From an uncultured Gammaproteobacteria bacterium (GTDB taxonomy: Bacteria; Patescibacteriota; Microgenomatia; CAYXHB01; CAZYTL01), in the NCBI GenBank assembly GCA_964650355.1, contig CAZYTL010000001.1:149552-213551 (forward strand): 64,000 bases of DNA, in the 5' to 3' direction. Below, one piece after another: positions 1-10,725 of this stretch. Both the position numbers and the translations under genes were made by a program. The notes below the pieces were generated by a model. It was not told where the DNA came from and searched no databases. It worked only from the letters and a program-made list of their open reading frames with translations. Numbering within the stretch: position 1 is the first letter of the stretch; each line of letters opens with the position of its first letter.

Positions 1-46
1 GTTTCTGCAGAAGTACAAATATCATGGCTATTTAGTTCTGGCGTCT

Positions 47-898
47 TTGGCCTACACTTCAGTCTCGATTTTCACCAAGTACTTAGTTATTGATCACGTT
101 AATCCGTTTAATCAAGTTTTCTGGAGAATTGTCATCGGCATGCTTTTTGCCTTACTAGCCTTTAAATTATTAACTCGACAAGCAATTGGAATTAGTAGGA
201 AAGAATTCATTGATTTGTTAATCAACGCTGTTTTGTTTGTGATATCCTGGATATGTTGGAGCACTGCCATTACTCTCGGTACCCCGATTACCAAAGCTAT
301 TGCCATCCTCTTTTCTTACCCTATTAGTATTGGTCTACTTACCTGGCTAATTTTAAAAGAAACTCCTTCTTTCAAAAACATAATTGCTTTAGGTTTAAGT
401 TTAGCTTCGGTTTACATTATTTTGGAAGTGTGGACAATTGGCAGTTTCAGCCAAATTCATCCCGGGGATATCTTTGTCCTCATCAACTCGGTTACTTTCG
501 CAGGCATGGTGGTCTGGGGCACCAAAATCAAAAGGGAATCTCAGATCAATCCTTTTAAAATCCTCTTTTACACCCTACTGATCGCCTTGCCCATTTTATT
601 AATTATCACCGCCACACTTAACCAGCTTAATGTTCCTATCTACCAACTGGAGATCAAAGCCAATTTTCAACCGTTTACGTGGTTTAACTTAATCGGGATA
701 GGCACCATCGGCACAGTCGTTAACTTAGCTTTAATTTTCTTCGCTACCCAAAAAGTCAAAACCAATATTGCCAGCGTTATTCTTTTGCTGGAAATCGTCT
801 GGGTAAACCTATTCGGAATTATCCTCTTTAAAGAAGCCTTAACTCTCACCTTAATTATTGGTACAATTGGGATATTGGTTTCTGTACTATTAGTTTGA
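47..898 (+). CDS. EamA/DMT-family membrane transporter
   Basis: 283 aa, ~10 hydrophobic helices in two similar halves; TGA stop. Confidence 0.55.
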   Translation: MAYTSVSIFTKYLVIDHVNPFNQVFWRIVIGMLFALLAFKLLTRQAIGISRKEFIDLLINAVLFVISWICWSTAITLGTPITKAIAILFSYPISIGLLTWLILKETPSFKNIIALGLSLASVYIILEVWTIGSFSQIHPGDIFVLINSVTFAGMVVWGTKIKRESQINPFKILFYTLLIALPILLIITATLNQLNVPIYQLEIKANFQPFTWFNLIGIGTIGTVVNLALIFFATQKVKTNIASVILLLEIVWVNLFGIILFKEALTLTLIIGTIGILVSVLLV

Positions 899-904
899 TG
901 AGGT

Positions 905-1657
905 ATGAAGAGTAAAAAGTTGGCTTTAGTAACGGGTTCCAGTAGGGGAATCGGCAAAGCCATTGCCCTGACTTTAGCTAAGGACGGATTCGACATCGTC
1001 GTGAATTGTAGTAAGTCAAAAAAACAAGGAGAAGAGGTCGGGGAAGAAATTGGAAAAATAGGCAGACAGGCTTATTTGGTTATGGGAGACATTACCAATG
1101 AAGCTCAAGCCCAAAATATCTTCAAACAGATGGCCACTATTGCCCCCCAGCTTGATTTACTAGTAAACAATGCCGGTTTCGACTACGGACATTTAATTGA
1201 AGATTATACGATTCCCCAAATGAGAGAGATTGTGGAGATTATTTTAATCGCCAAAATGACCACCACAAAGTACGCCTTACCTTTACTAAAAAAGAGCCCA
1301 AATCCGTCTATAATCAACATTGCCTCCCGGATGGGCAGAGAAAAAACCATTGAAACAGTAGGAGCTTACGGACCGGCAGAAGCAGGCGTCATTAAATTCA
1401 CTCAGTGCTGTGCTCTCGAATTTCGCAAGTACAAAATCAGAGTTAATTGTGTAGCTCCCGGATTAACCGAAACAGAATTAACCCGGAATATGGTTCCTGA
1501 GGAATCTTTTTGGAAAGAACAGGCCCGCATCAATCCTCGAGGCAGAGTTGGTACTCCCCAAGACGTCGCAAACGTGGTGTCTTTTCTCTCCTCTGAAAAA
1601 GCAGATTATATTAATGGTGAAACCATTGGAGTGAATGGCGGCAGCGTGCTGATTTAA
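905..1657 (+). CDS. SDR-family oxidoreductase (FabG-like)
   Basis: N-terminal TGSSRGIGKAIA Rossmann motif, 250 aa. Confidence 0.7.
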   Translation: MKSKKLALVTGSSRGIGKAIALTLAKDGFDIVVNCSKSKKQGEEVGEEIGKIGRQAYLVMGDITNEAQAQNIFKQMATIAPQLDLLVNNAGFDYGHLIEDYTIPQMREIVEIILIAKMTTTKYALPLLKKSPNPSIINIASRMGREKTIETVGAYGPAEAGVIKFTQCCALEFRKYKIRVNCVAPGLTETELTRNMVPEESFWKEQARINPRGRVGTPQDVANVVSFLSSEKADYINGETIGVNGGSVLI

Positions 1658-1661
1658 TCAT

Positions 1662-2636
1662 ATGAAAGACATTATCAATCTCCAATACACCACCATCAAG
1701 ACTCCCCTACCCGACTTCATTTATGAGGGATTAAAAGAGTATTCTCGCGGCGCCAATCTCTATCATCCTCAACCTCAAATATTAATAGACAAATTAGCTA
1801 AGAAATACCATCTTCCGCCTGAAATGATCTATCTTACCGCCGGCATCGACGAAGCCTTGCAGATGTTTATGCTGGCTTACGGACAACGCGGCGTTGTCTT
1901 CACTCCTACCTACACAGTCTATACAGACATTGAAGAGTTTGGCGGCAAATTAACCCCAGTTTGGTCAATCCAGGGTGACCAATATCTTATCGATCAGGGC
2001 AAGCATCCTGACGCGACTTTGATTATTCTGGCTAATCCCAACAATCCTTCCGGATTTACTCCTAAAGAAAGAGTTTTGGAATTGGTTGCCAATAATACCC
2101 ATTGCCAGGTAGTAATCGACGAAGCTTACGCTGAGTTTGCCGATCTGACCGTTATCGATCAAGTCAAAAACCATCCTCATTTGGCAGTCTTAAGAAGCTT
2201 TTCCAAGGATTACTCCATGGCGGGTAACAGAATCGGTTATCTGGTAGCTCACCCACAAGTGATAGCTCAGGTCAAAAACAAGTCCACTTGGAGTAACGTA
2301 TCTTATTTGTCCGTCGGCGCCGCAGTTGTGGCTCTTGACCATGAAGATTATTTTAAACAAATCCGAGATGAGATTAACCAGCGAAGGGAGAAATTCATTA
2401 ATTTTCTCAAAAGACAAAAGCTTACAGTTTTTCCTTCTCGAATTAACGCGGTATTAATCAAGTTTGAAACAGAGGATCGGGCCACTGATTTTGTTAATTA
2501 TTTAAACTCCAAGAATATCATTGTTAGCCACGGAAACGGCAATAGTAACATCGGACTTGATAAGTCATTTGTAAGAATCTCAATTGGCACCGCCGAACAA
2601 ATGAGTGTGCTACAGAGAGAGATAGAGAAATATTAA
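1662..2636 (+). CDS. PLP-dependent aminotransferase class I/II (HisC-like)
   Basis: 324 aa, LANPNNPSG motif typical of histidinol-phosphate aminotransferase family. Confidence 0.6.
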   Translation: MKDIINLQYTTIKTPLPDFIYEGLKEYSRGANLYHPQPQILIDKLAKKYHLPPEMIYLTAGIDEALQMFMLAYGQRGVVFTPTYTVYTDIEEFGGKLTPVWSIQGDQYLIDQGKHPDATLIILANPNNPSGFTPKERVLELVANNTHCQVVIDEAYAEFADLTVIDQVKNHPHLAVLRSFSKDYSMAGNRIGYLVAHPQVIAQVKNKSTWSNVSYLSVGAAVVALDHEDYFKQIRDEINQRREKFINFLKRQKLTVFPSRINAVLIKFETEDRATDFVNYLNSKNIIVSHGNGNSNIGLDKSFVRISIGTAEQMSVLQREIEKY

Positions 2637-2721
2637 AAACTCCTTATCTCCGGAAAGGTAAAATTAAACTTCGATATCCGGAAGGCTTCTTTTTATGGTT
2701 GAAAATTAGTAAACTATAACC

Positions 2722-3387
2722 ATGATTTCGAAACTTTGGTGTATTCAACAGACGGATTTGTTTGCATCTTTATCAGCAAAAGAACTTGAAGAAGTTCATC
2801 ACCACTTCGTGATGAAAAAATATCGTAAACGCGAAGTCATCTACGAACCGGGTGACAAAGATCGGATATTTATCGTGGAAACCGGTAGAGTAGAGCTTTA
2901 TCAATTAACCCCTTCAGGTAAAAAAGTGATCATTGAAGTCCTCAAGCCAGGGGGTATATTTGGCGATTTGGGGGCCGAATCAAATATCGAAACCTTTGTC
3001 GAAGCCAGCGAAGATTCGCAAATCTGTTCCATGGATAAAGAAGCCTTTTTTGACCTGATCAGCCAATACCCAGCCGTCTCTTCGAAAATTATGAAAGGTC
3101 TTTTTAATCGCCTGGTTAACGTTGAAAATCGATTGTCATCCTTGGCCGCCGACAACGCCATGCAAAAATTGGCCAAACTGTTCTTAAGTCTGGGCAAACA
3201 ACAACAAGAAGAAGATTACATGGTGGTGACAGAAAATCATACCCATGAAGAACTGTCTCAAATGTTGGGTATCTCCCGTCAAACCGTTACCACTTTAATT
3301 AATCAAATGGAGAAAAAGAGCCTGATTCAGCGTTCAGGAAAAACCATTTGTTTTCAACCGGCGGTTCTGGAAGAACTAGCTCAATAA
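2722..3387 (+). CDS. Crp/Fnr-family transcriptional regulator
   Basis: cNMP-binding-like N-terminal domain plus C-terminal HTH (LSQMLGISRQTVTTLINQM). Confidence 0.6.
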   Translation: MISKLWCIQQTDLFASLSAKELEEVHHHFVMKKYRKREVIYEPGDKDRIFIVETGRVELYQLTPSGKKVIIEVLKPGGIFGDLGAESNIETFVEASEDSQICSMDKEAFFDLISQYPAVSSKIMKGLFNRLVNVENRLSSLAADNAMQKLAKLFLSLGKQQQEEDYMVVTENHTHEELSQMLGISRQTVTTLINQMEKKSLIQRSGKTICFQPAVLEELAQ

Positions 3388-3531
3388 CTAAATAATATGG
3401 ATACATCTCAAGTAGCCATTTAAAGAGATAAAATATTTAACCCAAATCCCCAATTTATATCCAGGCTATTCTTTGTCTTCACCATCACCTTATCACTGGT
3501 CATTTGGGGACCCCTCAGATAATCCTGAAGC

Positions 3532-4284
3532 TCACTTCTGGCTGCCGTATTTACTTTCAAAATCTGGTTGACAATATTCATTAACTAACTCCTGATATAA
3601 ATCCATGGTCAGCCTCCAAGAAGGATAGCTTAATTTATTTAAAAAAGCCTCATAAATCGAGTTAGTCTTGGGGTCAGCCGCCAATGCCTCTAGATATTCT
3701 TCTCTCTTTTTAGGTACTAAACACAGATTAATAAAATTAATTCCGGTAATATCATCTCTATATTCGAATAAGTCTTTCCACTGTCTTTCTATTGCAGCAT
3801 AGTCCCCCAATTTGTATGCTTTTACATGTTCTCTGACTCGACCAACTGTTTCTATCGCGTCAGAAATTCCTCGTTGATCGGCCGATATTAGGTGCGTTGT
3901 TTGATTACCGACCACTCTTTCAACAGGATTAAAATTCATTGAGGATTTATTAATCTTAAATTTTTTAAACACTTGGGTGAGTCTATCGGGGTCGCTTAAT
4001 AATTGACAGAATTCTTCTGCTTTTTGGACCACAAATCTAGTTTGTGAGTCATTTAAATTCAGTCCGCTGGATGCCTGAGAAACCCCGTTCCATACCTCCG
4101 CGACCTTCTTTCCTGATACTAATGACTTCAACATCAGCTTCAATATCGTTTGGCTACAAAAGGAAGCATCCGATCGCAATTCATCCTCAGCGGATAGTCT
4201 TTTTTTCTCCCAGCTATCCGCTACAACTTTGTCCAGATCAATTTCTTGTCTTATTCTTTCAAAGATGTCTTCATCTGCTTCCAT
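3532..4284 (-). CDS. hypothetical protein
   Basis: 250-aa ORF, no recognisable motif. Confidence 0.35.
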   Translation of the reverse strand: MEADEDIFERIRQEIDLDKVVADSWEKKRLSAEDELRSDASFCSQTILKLMLKSLVSGKKVAEVWNGVSQASSGLNLNDSQTRFVVQKAEEFCQLLSDPDRLTQVFKKFKINKSSMNFNPVERVVGNQTTHLISADQRGISDAIETVGRVREHVKAYKLGDYAAIERQWKDLFEYRDDITGINFINLCLVPKKREEYLEALAADPKTNSIYEAFLNKLSYPSWRLTMDLYQELVNEYCQPDFESKYGSQK

Positions 4285-4460
4285 GTCATTACGAGTTTAA
4301 ATCAAACAAAATACTAAGAGAACTCTTAAGGAAGTTTGATATTCCTCTGTATTAAATAATAGTCTGAATTTTATGTCAATCCTTCTATCTGTCTAAATCA
4401 GTAAAGAAAGTCAAACCCGGATGCAACAACAGTAATTTTCATGTTAAAATCCATATAACT

Positions 4461-4808
4461 ATGAATTTAGACGGCGCGGTTTTTTACACCAGCGACATAG
4501 AAAAAATCACCGACTTTTACCAAAACATAATTGGTTTGCAACTTGAATACCGTCAAGGAGACAAGTTTGTTTCTTTTATCTTTCCTAACGGAGGCAGACT
4601 GGGAATCAAAAAAGCTGTAGAACAACGGGAAACTCCAGGAAAACAATCAGTGTTTATTGCAGTTGATCAGATTGAAGAACTTTATCAACAATTAAAAGAC
4701 CAGGACTTAAACATCTATAAAGAATTAACTGATGAATCGTGGGGCACAGCATTCGATATCCTAGACCCTGACGATAATAAAGTGGTCTTCATGAGAAGAA
4801 AGAAGTGA
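4461..4808 (+). CDS. VOC/glyoxalase-family protein
   Basis: 115 aa, glyoxalase-like fold signature (small betaalphabetabetabeta module). Confidence 0.5.
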   Translation: MNLDGAVFYTSDIEKITDFYQNIIGLQLEYRQGDKFVSFIFPNGGRLGIKKAVEQRETPGKQSVFIAVDQIEELYQQLKDQDLNIYKELTDESWGTAFDILDPDDNKVVFMRRKK

Positions 4809-4814
4809 TAAACT

Positions 4815-6191
4815 ATGATCCTTAAATCCATCAATCCTCACGACCAGTCAGTCGTCGGAACGTTGAAAATCTCTACTGCCAAAGACGTAGAGGATGCCGT
4901 TACCAAAGCCAGGAAAGCATATCCATCCTGGAAAGAAACTTCAATTAAGCAGCGGGTTAAATATATTAAAAAATATAAAAATTTACTGGCAAAACACAGG
5001 CAGGAAATTGCTGAATTAGTTACCAAAGAGATGGGCAAGCCCTTGTCGCAGTCTTTGGATGATGTCAAATTTGAACTGGGATTTATTGACTACTATGTTA
5101 AAAACGCTCCCAAGTTCTTAGCTGACGAGCAGGTACTGAAGAATAAGTCCGGTACTTTCAGGATCACTTATGAACCATACGGTGTCTGCGCCTGCATCGC
5201 TCCCTGGAATTTTCCTTTATCCATGATGAATTCTGGTGTGCTTCCCGCTTTAATAGCAGGGAATACAGTCGTCTTCAAACCTTCTGAACATTGCAGTCTG
5301 AGCCAGAAAATGTTTTGTGATTTACTTCAGGAAACTGATATTCCGGATGGGGCTCTGAATCTAATTATTGGTGCTGGTGAGGTGGGATCTCGACTGGTTG
5401 ACAGCCATGTGGATCTGGTTTGGTTTACAGGCAGCACCCAAGTAGGAAAGGAGATCCACAGTAAATGCGGACAAAAATTCATTAAATGCTTGTTAGAAAT
5501 GGGCGGCAGTAGCCCCGGAATCATTTTCGCGGATGCGGATATTGATCAGGCAGTTGATAGCCTGTATTGGGCAAGATTCCTTAACTGTGGGCAGGTCTGC
5601 ACATCTGTCAAGCGCTTGTTTGTCCAGGATAAGGTATTTGATCAAGTCGTGGAGAAATTCGTACAAAAACTCAATACCGTTAAAGTCGGGGATCCGCTAA
5701 AAAACTCAGATCTTGGTCCGCTAGTTTCTCAAAAACAGCTCCAGACACTTAAGTCTCAAGTTAAAGATGCTCTGGATAAGGGGGCTCGAGTGGAAGTAGG
5801 AGGTAAGGAGCCTTCAGATCCCCAGCTAAAACAAGGCAATTATTATCTGCCCATCCTGCTGACCCACGTCAACTTTGACATGCGGGTGATGAAAGAAGAA
5901 GTCTTCGGCCCGGTTTGGCCGATCATGCCTTTTAAAACCGAAAAACAGGCGATTGAATTTGCTAATCATACCGATTACGGCTTGTCAGCGGAAGTTTACA
6001 CTTCGGATTTAGCCAAAGCAGAAAGGGTGGCCAAGCAAATTCAATCCGGTACCGTGGCCATCAATACCGACGACTTTTTCTTTCCTGAGTGTCCTTTCGG
6101 CGGGTACAAATCCAGCGGCATGGGTAGAGAATACGGAAAAATCGGCATGCAAGAATTCTGCCAAATTAAAACCATTGCTACTTCTAAGTAA
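4815..6191 (+). CDS. NAD(P)-dependent aldehyde dehydrogenase
   Basis: FTGSTQVGKEI, LEMGGSSP and catalytic-Cys CGQVCTSVKR motifs. Confidence 0.8.
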   Translation: MILKSINPHDQSVVGTLKISTAKDVEDAVTKARKAYPSWKETSIKQRVKYIKKYKNLLAKHRQEIAELVTKEMGKPLSQSLDDVKFELGFIDYYVKNAPKFLADEQVLKNKSGTFRITYEPYGVCACIAPWNFPLSMMNSGVLPALIAGNTVVFKPSEHCSLSQKMFCDLLQETDIPDGALNLIIGAGEVGSRLVDSHVDLVWFTGSTQVGKEIHSKCGQKFIKCLLEMGGSSPGIIFADADIDQAVDSLYWARFLNCGQVCTSVKRLFVQDKVFDQVVEKFVQKLNTVKVGDPLKNSDLGPLVSQKQLQTLKSQVKDALDKGARVEVGGKEPSDPQLKQGNYYLPILLTHVNFDMRVMKEEVFGPVWPIMPFKTEKQAIEFANHTDYGLSAEVYTSDLAKAERVAKQIQSGTVAINTDDFFFPECPFGGYKSSGMGREYGKIGMQEFCQIKTIATSK

Positions 6192-6206
6192 GAAACTTCG
6201 TACAAA

Positions 6207-6707
6207 ATGAATAACAATTCCGTTACTCCAATCCAGGTTAAGGATATTTTTTCGAACATAAAAGCAGGGAAAAAGGTCTTTGTTCGTAATCAAGAATTGA
6301 ATATTCTTGATATTAAACTTGCCAATGATAGTTATGATTACGCTAAAGTTAAAATTAAACTGACTCCTAATAAAACTCAATATTTAGAACTATATTGGGA
6401 GGGACCTTATCTGGGGATTGAACTTTCAGAAGATATTGACGAATTTAGCAATTTTGATTTTGAAAACTTCGACGCACCAAAAGCTCTCAAAAGGCACGGT
6501 ATTAAGTACGAACTAGGAGATCAAGGAAGCTCAATCGTGACAGATTCAGACCCCACAGGAGATTATCACCAAGGAGATAAGGTAAGCTACTGGGAATATT
6601 TTTCGAAAGATAAACGTACGCGGATTAGTTTAGGATATAACCAAAGATCCCGAAAATGGCTGAATATGTTCGCCGAAAAATTGAACCCTAGTGAAATAAC
6701 ATATTAA
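6207..6707 (+). CDS. hypothetical protein
   Basis: 166-aa ORF. Confidence 0.3.
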   Translation: MNNNSVTPIQVKDIFSNIKAGKKVFVRNQELNILDIKLANDSYDYAKVKIKLTPNKTQYLELYWEGPYLGIELSEDIDEFSNFDFENFDAPKALKRHGIKYELGDQGSSIVTDSDPTGDYHQGDKVSYWEYFSKDKRTRISLGYNQRSRKWLNMFAEKLNPSEITY

Positions 6708-6763
6708 TTTATACCAATAAAAATCATTAACATTCGTCAATCATTACATTTATAATCATCCTT

Positions 6764-7279
6764 ATGAAGGTCATTCTTTACATAGCTACTTCTATCAACG
6801 GATTAATCACCAGAGGAAAAGACGATTCCGACTGGGTAACTGAAACAGACTGGAAGCAATTTAGTCAATTAATGAAAGAGTGTGGCATCATGGTGATGGG
6901 CAGAAGGACTTATGAAATATTTGGTGACGATTTTCCCTGCGCAGGAGCAATTAACGTGGTAATGACCGGCAATAAAAAGTTATTAGCCCAAAAGACTCCA
7001 GAGAATGTTATCTTCACGGATAAATCTCCTAAACAAGTAATTCAAATGGCTGAAAAAAAAGGTTTTGAAAAATTAATGCTTATTGGTGGCATGACTCTGA
7101 ATACGTCATTTTTAAAAGAAAATTTGGTGAATGAGATCTGGCTTAGTATTCACCCCTTATTGATAGGAGAAGGATTGAGAATAATGGACACTTTTGACTG
7201 CTTTAAAAAACTTACCAGACTGGGAGTTAAGAAACTTGATGAAGGATTAGTGCAAATAAGATACCAGTTCAACAAATAA
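6764..7279 (+). CDS. dihydrofolate reductase-like (RibD C-terminal domain) protein
   Basis: MKVILYIATSINGLI...GRRTYE pattern. Confidence 0.5.
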   Translation: MKVILYIATSINGLITRGKDDSDWVTETDWKQFSQLMKECGIMVMGRRTYEIFGDDFPCAGAINVVMTGNKKLLAQKTPENVIFTDKSPKQVIQMAEKKGFEKLMLIGGMTLNTSFLKENLVNEIWLSIHPLLIGEGLRIMDTFDCFKKLTRLGVKKLDEGLVQIRYQFNK

Positions 7280-7301
7280 TGAGTCGAGGTAATTGTAAAT
7301 A

Positions 7302-8225
7302 TTAATTCGTCTCTTGTAGCTTCTTCAAAATCTCCTTTCTCAACCACAACTTAGAAGTCTCGCCTAAATCTTCTTCGAACTTAATATCCAAGATACGAGT
7401 CAATAACTGTTTAACTTCAGGATTTTGGGTGTAAATGTAGTTGTTGCCCCCGCTGATACTGGGAGAGGTGAGAAACCAGTAATCACTTCCAAAAGACTTC
7501 AGAGCAGATTCAATGGTCTGTAAATGCTGATCAATAAATGATTTACTGTTCCATAACTCCAACTGGCCTATGACCAAATCAGTTTCGAAACCAGCATAAT
7601 TAATTTTTTTAGTATCGTTAATAACCGATTGCCGGGGGTTTTCATGCACTTCTCTTTCTAGACTATTGAAATAAATTTCCGTCCAGTTATCAGGTAATTC
7701 AAGATAAGCTTTCAATTCATTAAAAGCCTCAATATCTCTTTGATCAGTTACCGAAGCCTTAAAATTCAGAGTATTAGAAATAATCGCCGTATAAAGCAGA
7801 TTCGCACTTACATGGGAAATCTTTTCCGCAAGCCCGTGCGACTTATACTCTTCCCAAATCAAAGTAGCGCAGGCCCCCACCGGTTCAATCTTAGCTTTAT
7901 CACCCAATTTTTCATTCCAGTAGGTTTCCATTCCTGCTCTATGATCATAGAGTTCAATAATTTTATCCTGATCTACAAAAGCAGCCACGATTTTAGGATT
8001 AGACTCGTCTATAATTACGTACTCATGATTACCATCTTTAATTGAAGCACGTAGATCATAACTCCATTGTTTAATTTCTGGAACCACACTGGCATTGGGT
8101 TCACCAGCCAGCACAGCTTGACAAACAACCTTTTTTTTCCTTAGTAGTTCCTGATAAGCAATCGCGCATGCCAAAGTATCAAGATCATAAAATTCCTCGC
8201 CAGCTGTGATAATTATCTCCGCCAT
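7302..8225 (-). CDS. DHH-family phosphoesterase
   Basis: DLDTLACAIAY and DHR motifs. Confidence 0.45.
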   Translation of the reverse strand: MAEIIITAGEEFYDLDTLACAIAYQELLRKKKVVCQAVLAGEPNASVVPEIKQWSYDLRASIKDGNHEYVIIDESNPKIVAAFVDQDKIIELYDHRAGMETYWNEKLGDKAKIEPVGACATLIWEEYKSHGLAEKISHVSANLLYTAIISNTLNFKASVTDQRDIEAFNELKAYLELPDNWTEIYFNSLEREVHENPRQSVINDTKKINYAGFETDLVIGQLELWNSKSFIDQHLQTIESALKSFGSDYWFLTSPSISGGNNYIYTQNPEVKQLLTRILDIKFEEDLGETSKLWLRKEILKKLQETN

Positions 8226-8228
8226 GAA

Positions 8229-8828
8229 TTATTTATTACCTAAAAGATTAACCATAATATTTTTCGTTGTTTCAGGGTCCTGAAAGGGGTAAGTAACTAT
8301 TCCCAATTCCTTCGCTACGTCTATATTTGCAAACGAATCATCAAAATAAGCACATTCGGAGCCTTCTACTTTGTTTTCATTCAGAACTAATTGATAGGCT
8401 TTGGGATCTGGTTTCACATAACCGGTTTCCCAGGAGAAATACGCCTTGTCAACAGAATTAAATACCAAGGGAAAATGCTGTCGATAATACTCAGTTCGTT
8501 CCTTAAAATTGTTAGATAATATAAAAACCTTAAGTTCTTGTTCTCTCATTTCGTTTGCCAATTTTACCATCTGTTGATCAACTATTTCACCGCTAAACCA
8601 GAAATGAAAAAATTCATCTTTTGAAAAATTCAAACCCAATTTTCGTAAATGAGGCTCCCATATCTGGAAGGCATTGGCCACTCCGGGTTTCCGGACAATC
8701 GCCATTACTTGTTTCAGTGAAGATAAAAAGTCTTTTTGATTCACACCATAAGCCTGAGCGATTCTTTCGCTTAGGTATTCGCCTTTTACGAATACACCGT
8801 TTAAATCAAATATTATTGCTTTAATCAT
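8229..8828 (-). CDS. HAD-family hydrolase
   Basis: N-terminal IIFDLNGV (DxD-type HAD motif I). Confidence 0.6.
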   Translation of the reverse strand: MIKAIIFDLNGVFVKGEYLSERIAQAYGVNQKDFLSSLKQVMAIVRKPGVANAFQIWEPHLRKLGLNFSKDEFFHFWFSGEIVDQQMVKLANEMREQELKVFILSNNFKERTEYYRQHFPLVFNSVDKAYFSWETGYVKPDPKAYQLVLNENKVEGSECAYFDDSFANIDVAKELGIVTYPFQDPETTKNIMVNLLGNK

Positions 8829-8869
8829 GACAAAACATTTATAATATCTAAATTATAAAGCATCATATC

Positions 8870-9286
8870 ATGGATCAGAAATATGACATCCACAAAGCCG
8901 CAGGAATTTTAATTCAGGACCGAAAACTTCTGGTAGAAAAGTCACATCATAAAAAATTTTTTGTCGCCCCGGGTGGAAAGCTTGAAAAGAACGAGACACT
9001 CAGACAAGCGTTGATCCGGGAACTCAAGGAAGAATTTCAGATCAGTGTACAAAAATTAGATTTAGAAAAATTCGGAACATTTTCTGCTCCGGCAGCGGGT
9101 AATGAAAGCCAGACAGTACGCATGGAAGTATTCCTTGTTAAACAATGGCAAGGAGACATTCAGCCGGACCACGAAGTAGAACAAGTTCATTGGATTAACT
9201 CCCGGATTCCTTCTGATATTCAGGTCGGATCCATTTTCGAACACGAAGTCATTCCCAGATTAAAGTCAATGAATCTAATTGATTAA
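8870..9286 (+). CDS. NUDIX hydrolase
   Basis: Nudix box GGKLEKNETLRQALIRELKEE. Confidence 0.65.
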   Translation: MDQKYDIHKAAGILIQDRKLLVEKSHHKKFFVAPGGKLEKNETLRQALIRELKEEFQISVQKLDLEKFGTFSAPAAGNESQTVRMEVFLVKQWQGDIQPDHEVEQVHWINSRIPSDIQVGSIFEHEVIPRLKSMNLID

Positions 9287-9289
9287 TAA

Positions 9290-10561
9290 TTACCACCCTA
9301 CCGGTTGGGTACGCACCCAATATAGACCGTGGCCTACTTGTTTTTCAAACTCGTCAATTCTTTTCTGCGCTTCTCCTGACCAATGCCATTCCCAACCTTT
9401 TTCCAACACCTGCACATACAATTTTTCTGCCACCATTTTTTTCTTAAAACCCGCATCTGTGGAACGAACCGACTTAATTAAATGGAGAGCCCCTTCACAA
9501 ATCATGTCCGGGTTCCACCAGGGGCGGCAACTTGACCACCACCAGTAACAACTAGACAGTCCTTTGTCCAAGTGATTCCTGGCTGAGTGCCATCTCCAAT
9601 CAGGATCTACCTTAGGTTGAGGAAAGCTAGCCAAGTTGGAGATTGCCAACCAAGCCAGTTCCCATTGCATGATTTGAACTTCGTTATCCTGTTTATACCA
9701 GAGGGGGTAGGGGAGCTGTTCACTTTGATCTTCGGCAGCCAAGTCTTGTTCGGTAGTTTCCCAGGTAGCGGGCAATAATTGAACCTTTGTGGCGGGTTGC
9801 TGGCTAACTTGATCCAAATAGTCACTAATAGTGAGAAAGTTAATTTTCTGATTGCCAAAGGCCCTTTTTAAAACATCAATTCTGTCAGCATAATGGTGTC
9901 CGAATAACTCCATATCATTCCCGGTGATCAAAAGTTTTCGTTCGTCTGCGTAATCCTGAGAAATAAACCAAAAGAAATCATCCAGAACCAATTCCTGGGT
10001 GCTGCGTAACTGGTTAGACCAGTGACGTTGGACAGGCACAATCTTCACCCCGTCTTCCTGATCATCTGTCAGATAGTATTTTGACCAATCCAAAATATTA
10101 AACTTACCACTAACCGATAATTCGTCTACCAATAGATAAGTAAATTTTGATTTGTTTGCCGCTCTCAACACCCGGGGTGCGAAAGCTAATTCACTGGAGA
10201 AGAATCCCTGCGGCTGGTACACCTTTTTGCCCAATAATCGTTGATTAGCTTCCATGCCTAACCTGATCTGACGTAAAATTTCCTTTTCTGGAATTAAAGG
10301 CAAAAAGGCATGATGTTTGGCCGACGCCACAAACTCGATTTGACCTCTACCGGCTAATCTCTTCAGCCTCTCTATCAACTCCGGGTACTCATAAGCTAGC
10401 TGTTCTGTTAAACAGCCGTTAATATTGATGCTTACTTTTACTCGCCGATAACGATTTAATAACTTAAAGAAAGGCAGATAAGATTGATTAACAACTTGGG
10501 TCAAAATTTCCGGCTTCTGATCGTGCGGCTGATAAAGGTGGAGAAACAACACCCAGTTCAT
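9290..10561 (-). CDS. glycoside hydrolase family 57-like protein (glycogen metabolism)
   Basis: N-terminal HLYQP motif and GFFSSELAF (GH57-like nucleophile region); next to glgA. Confidence 0.45.
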   Translation of the reverse strand: MNWVLFLHLYQPHDQKPEILTQVVNQSYLPFFKLLNRYRRVKVSININGCLTEQLAYEYPELIERLKRLAGRGQIEFVASAKHHAFLPLIPEKEILRQIRLGMEANQRLLGKKVYQPQGFFSSELAFAPRVLRAANKSKFTYLLVDELSVSGKFNILDWSKYYLTDDQEDGVKIVPVQRHWSNQLRSTQELVLDDFFWFISQDYADERKLLITGNDMELFGHHYADRIDVLKRAFGNQKINFLTISDYLDQVSQQPATKVQLLPATWETTEQDLAAEDQSEQLPYPLWYKQDNEVQIMQWELAWLAISNLASFPQPKVDPDWRWHSARNHLDKGLSSCYWWWSSCRPWWNPDMICEGALHLIKSVRSTDAGFKKKMVAEKLYVQVLEKGWEWHWSGEAQKRIDEFEKQVGHGLYWVRTQPVGW

Positions 10562-10725
10562 AAATCACTGGAACATGAAACATAAAAACAAAAAACAAAC
10601 AGAGAACTATTCATCTTTAACCAATATCAGGTAACATTAACCAACAACTTCTGAAATTCTGTTAGTGGCAATTTTTATGCCAATTGTAAATGTCTTGAGT
10701 TAATTGTTCTATGCTCTCGTGGTTC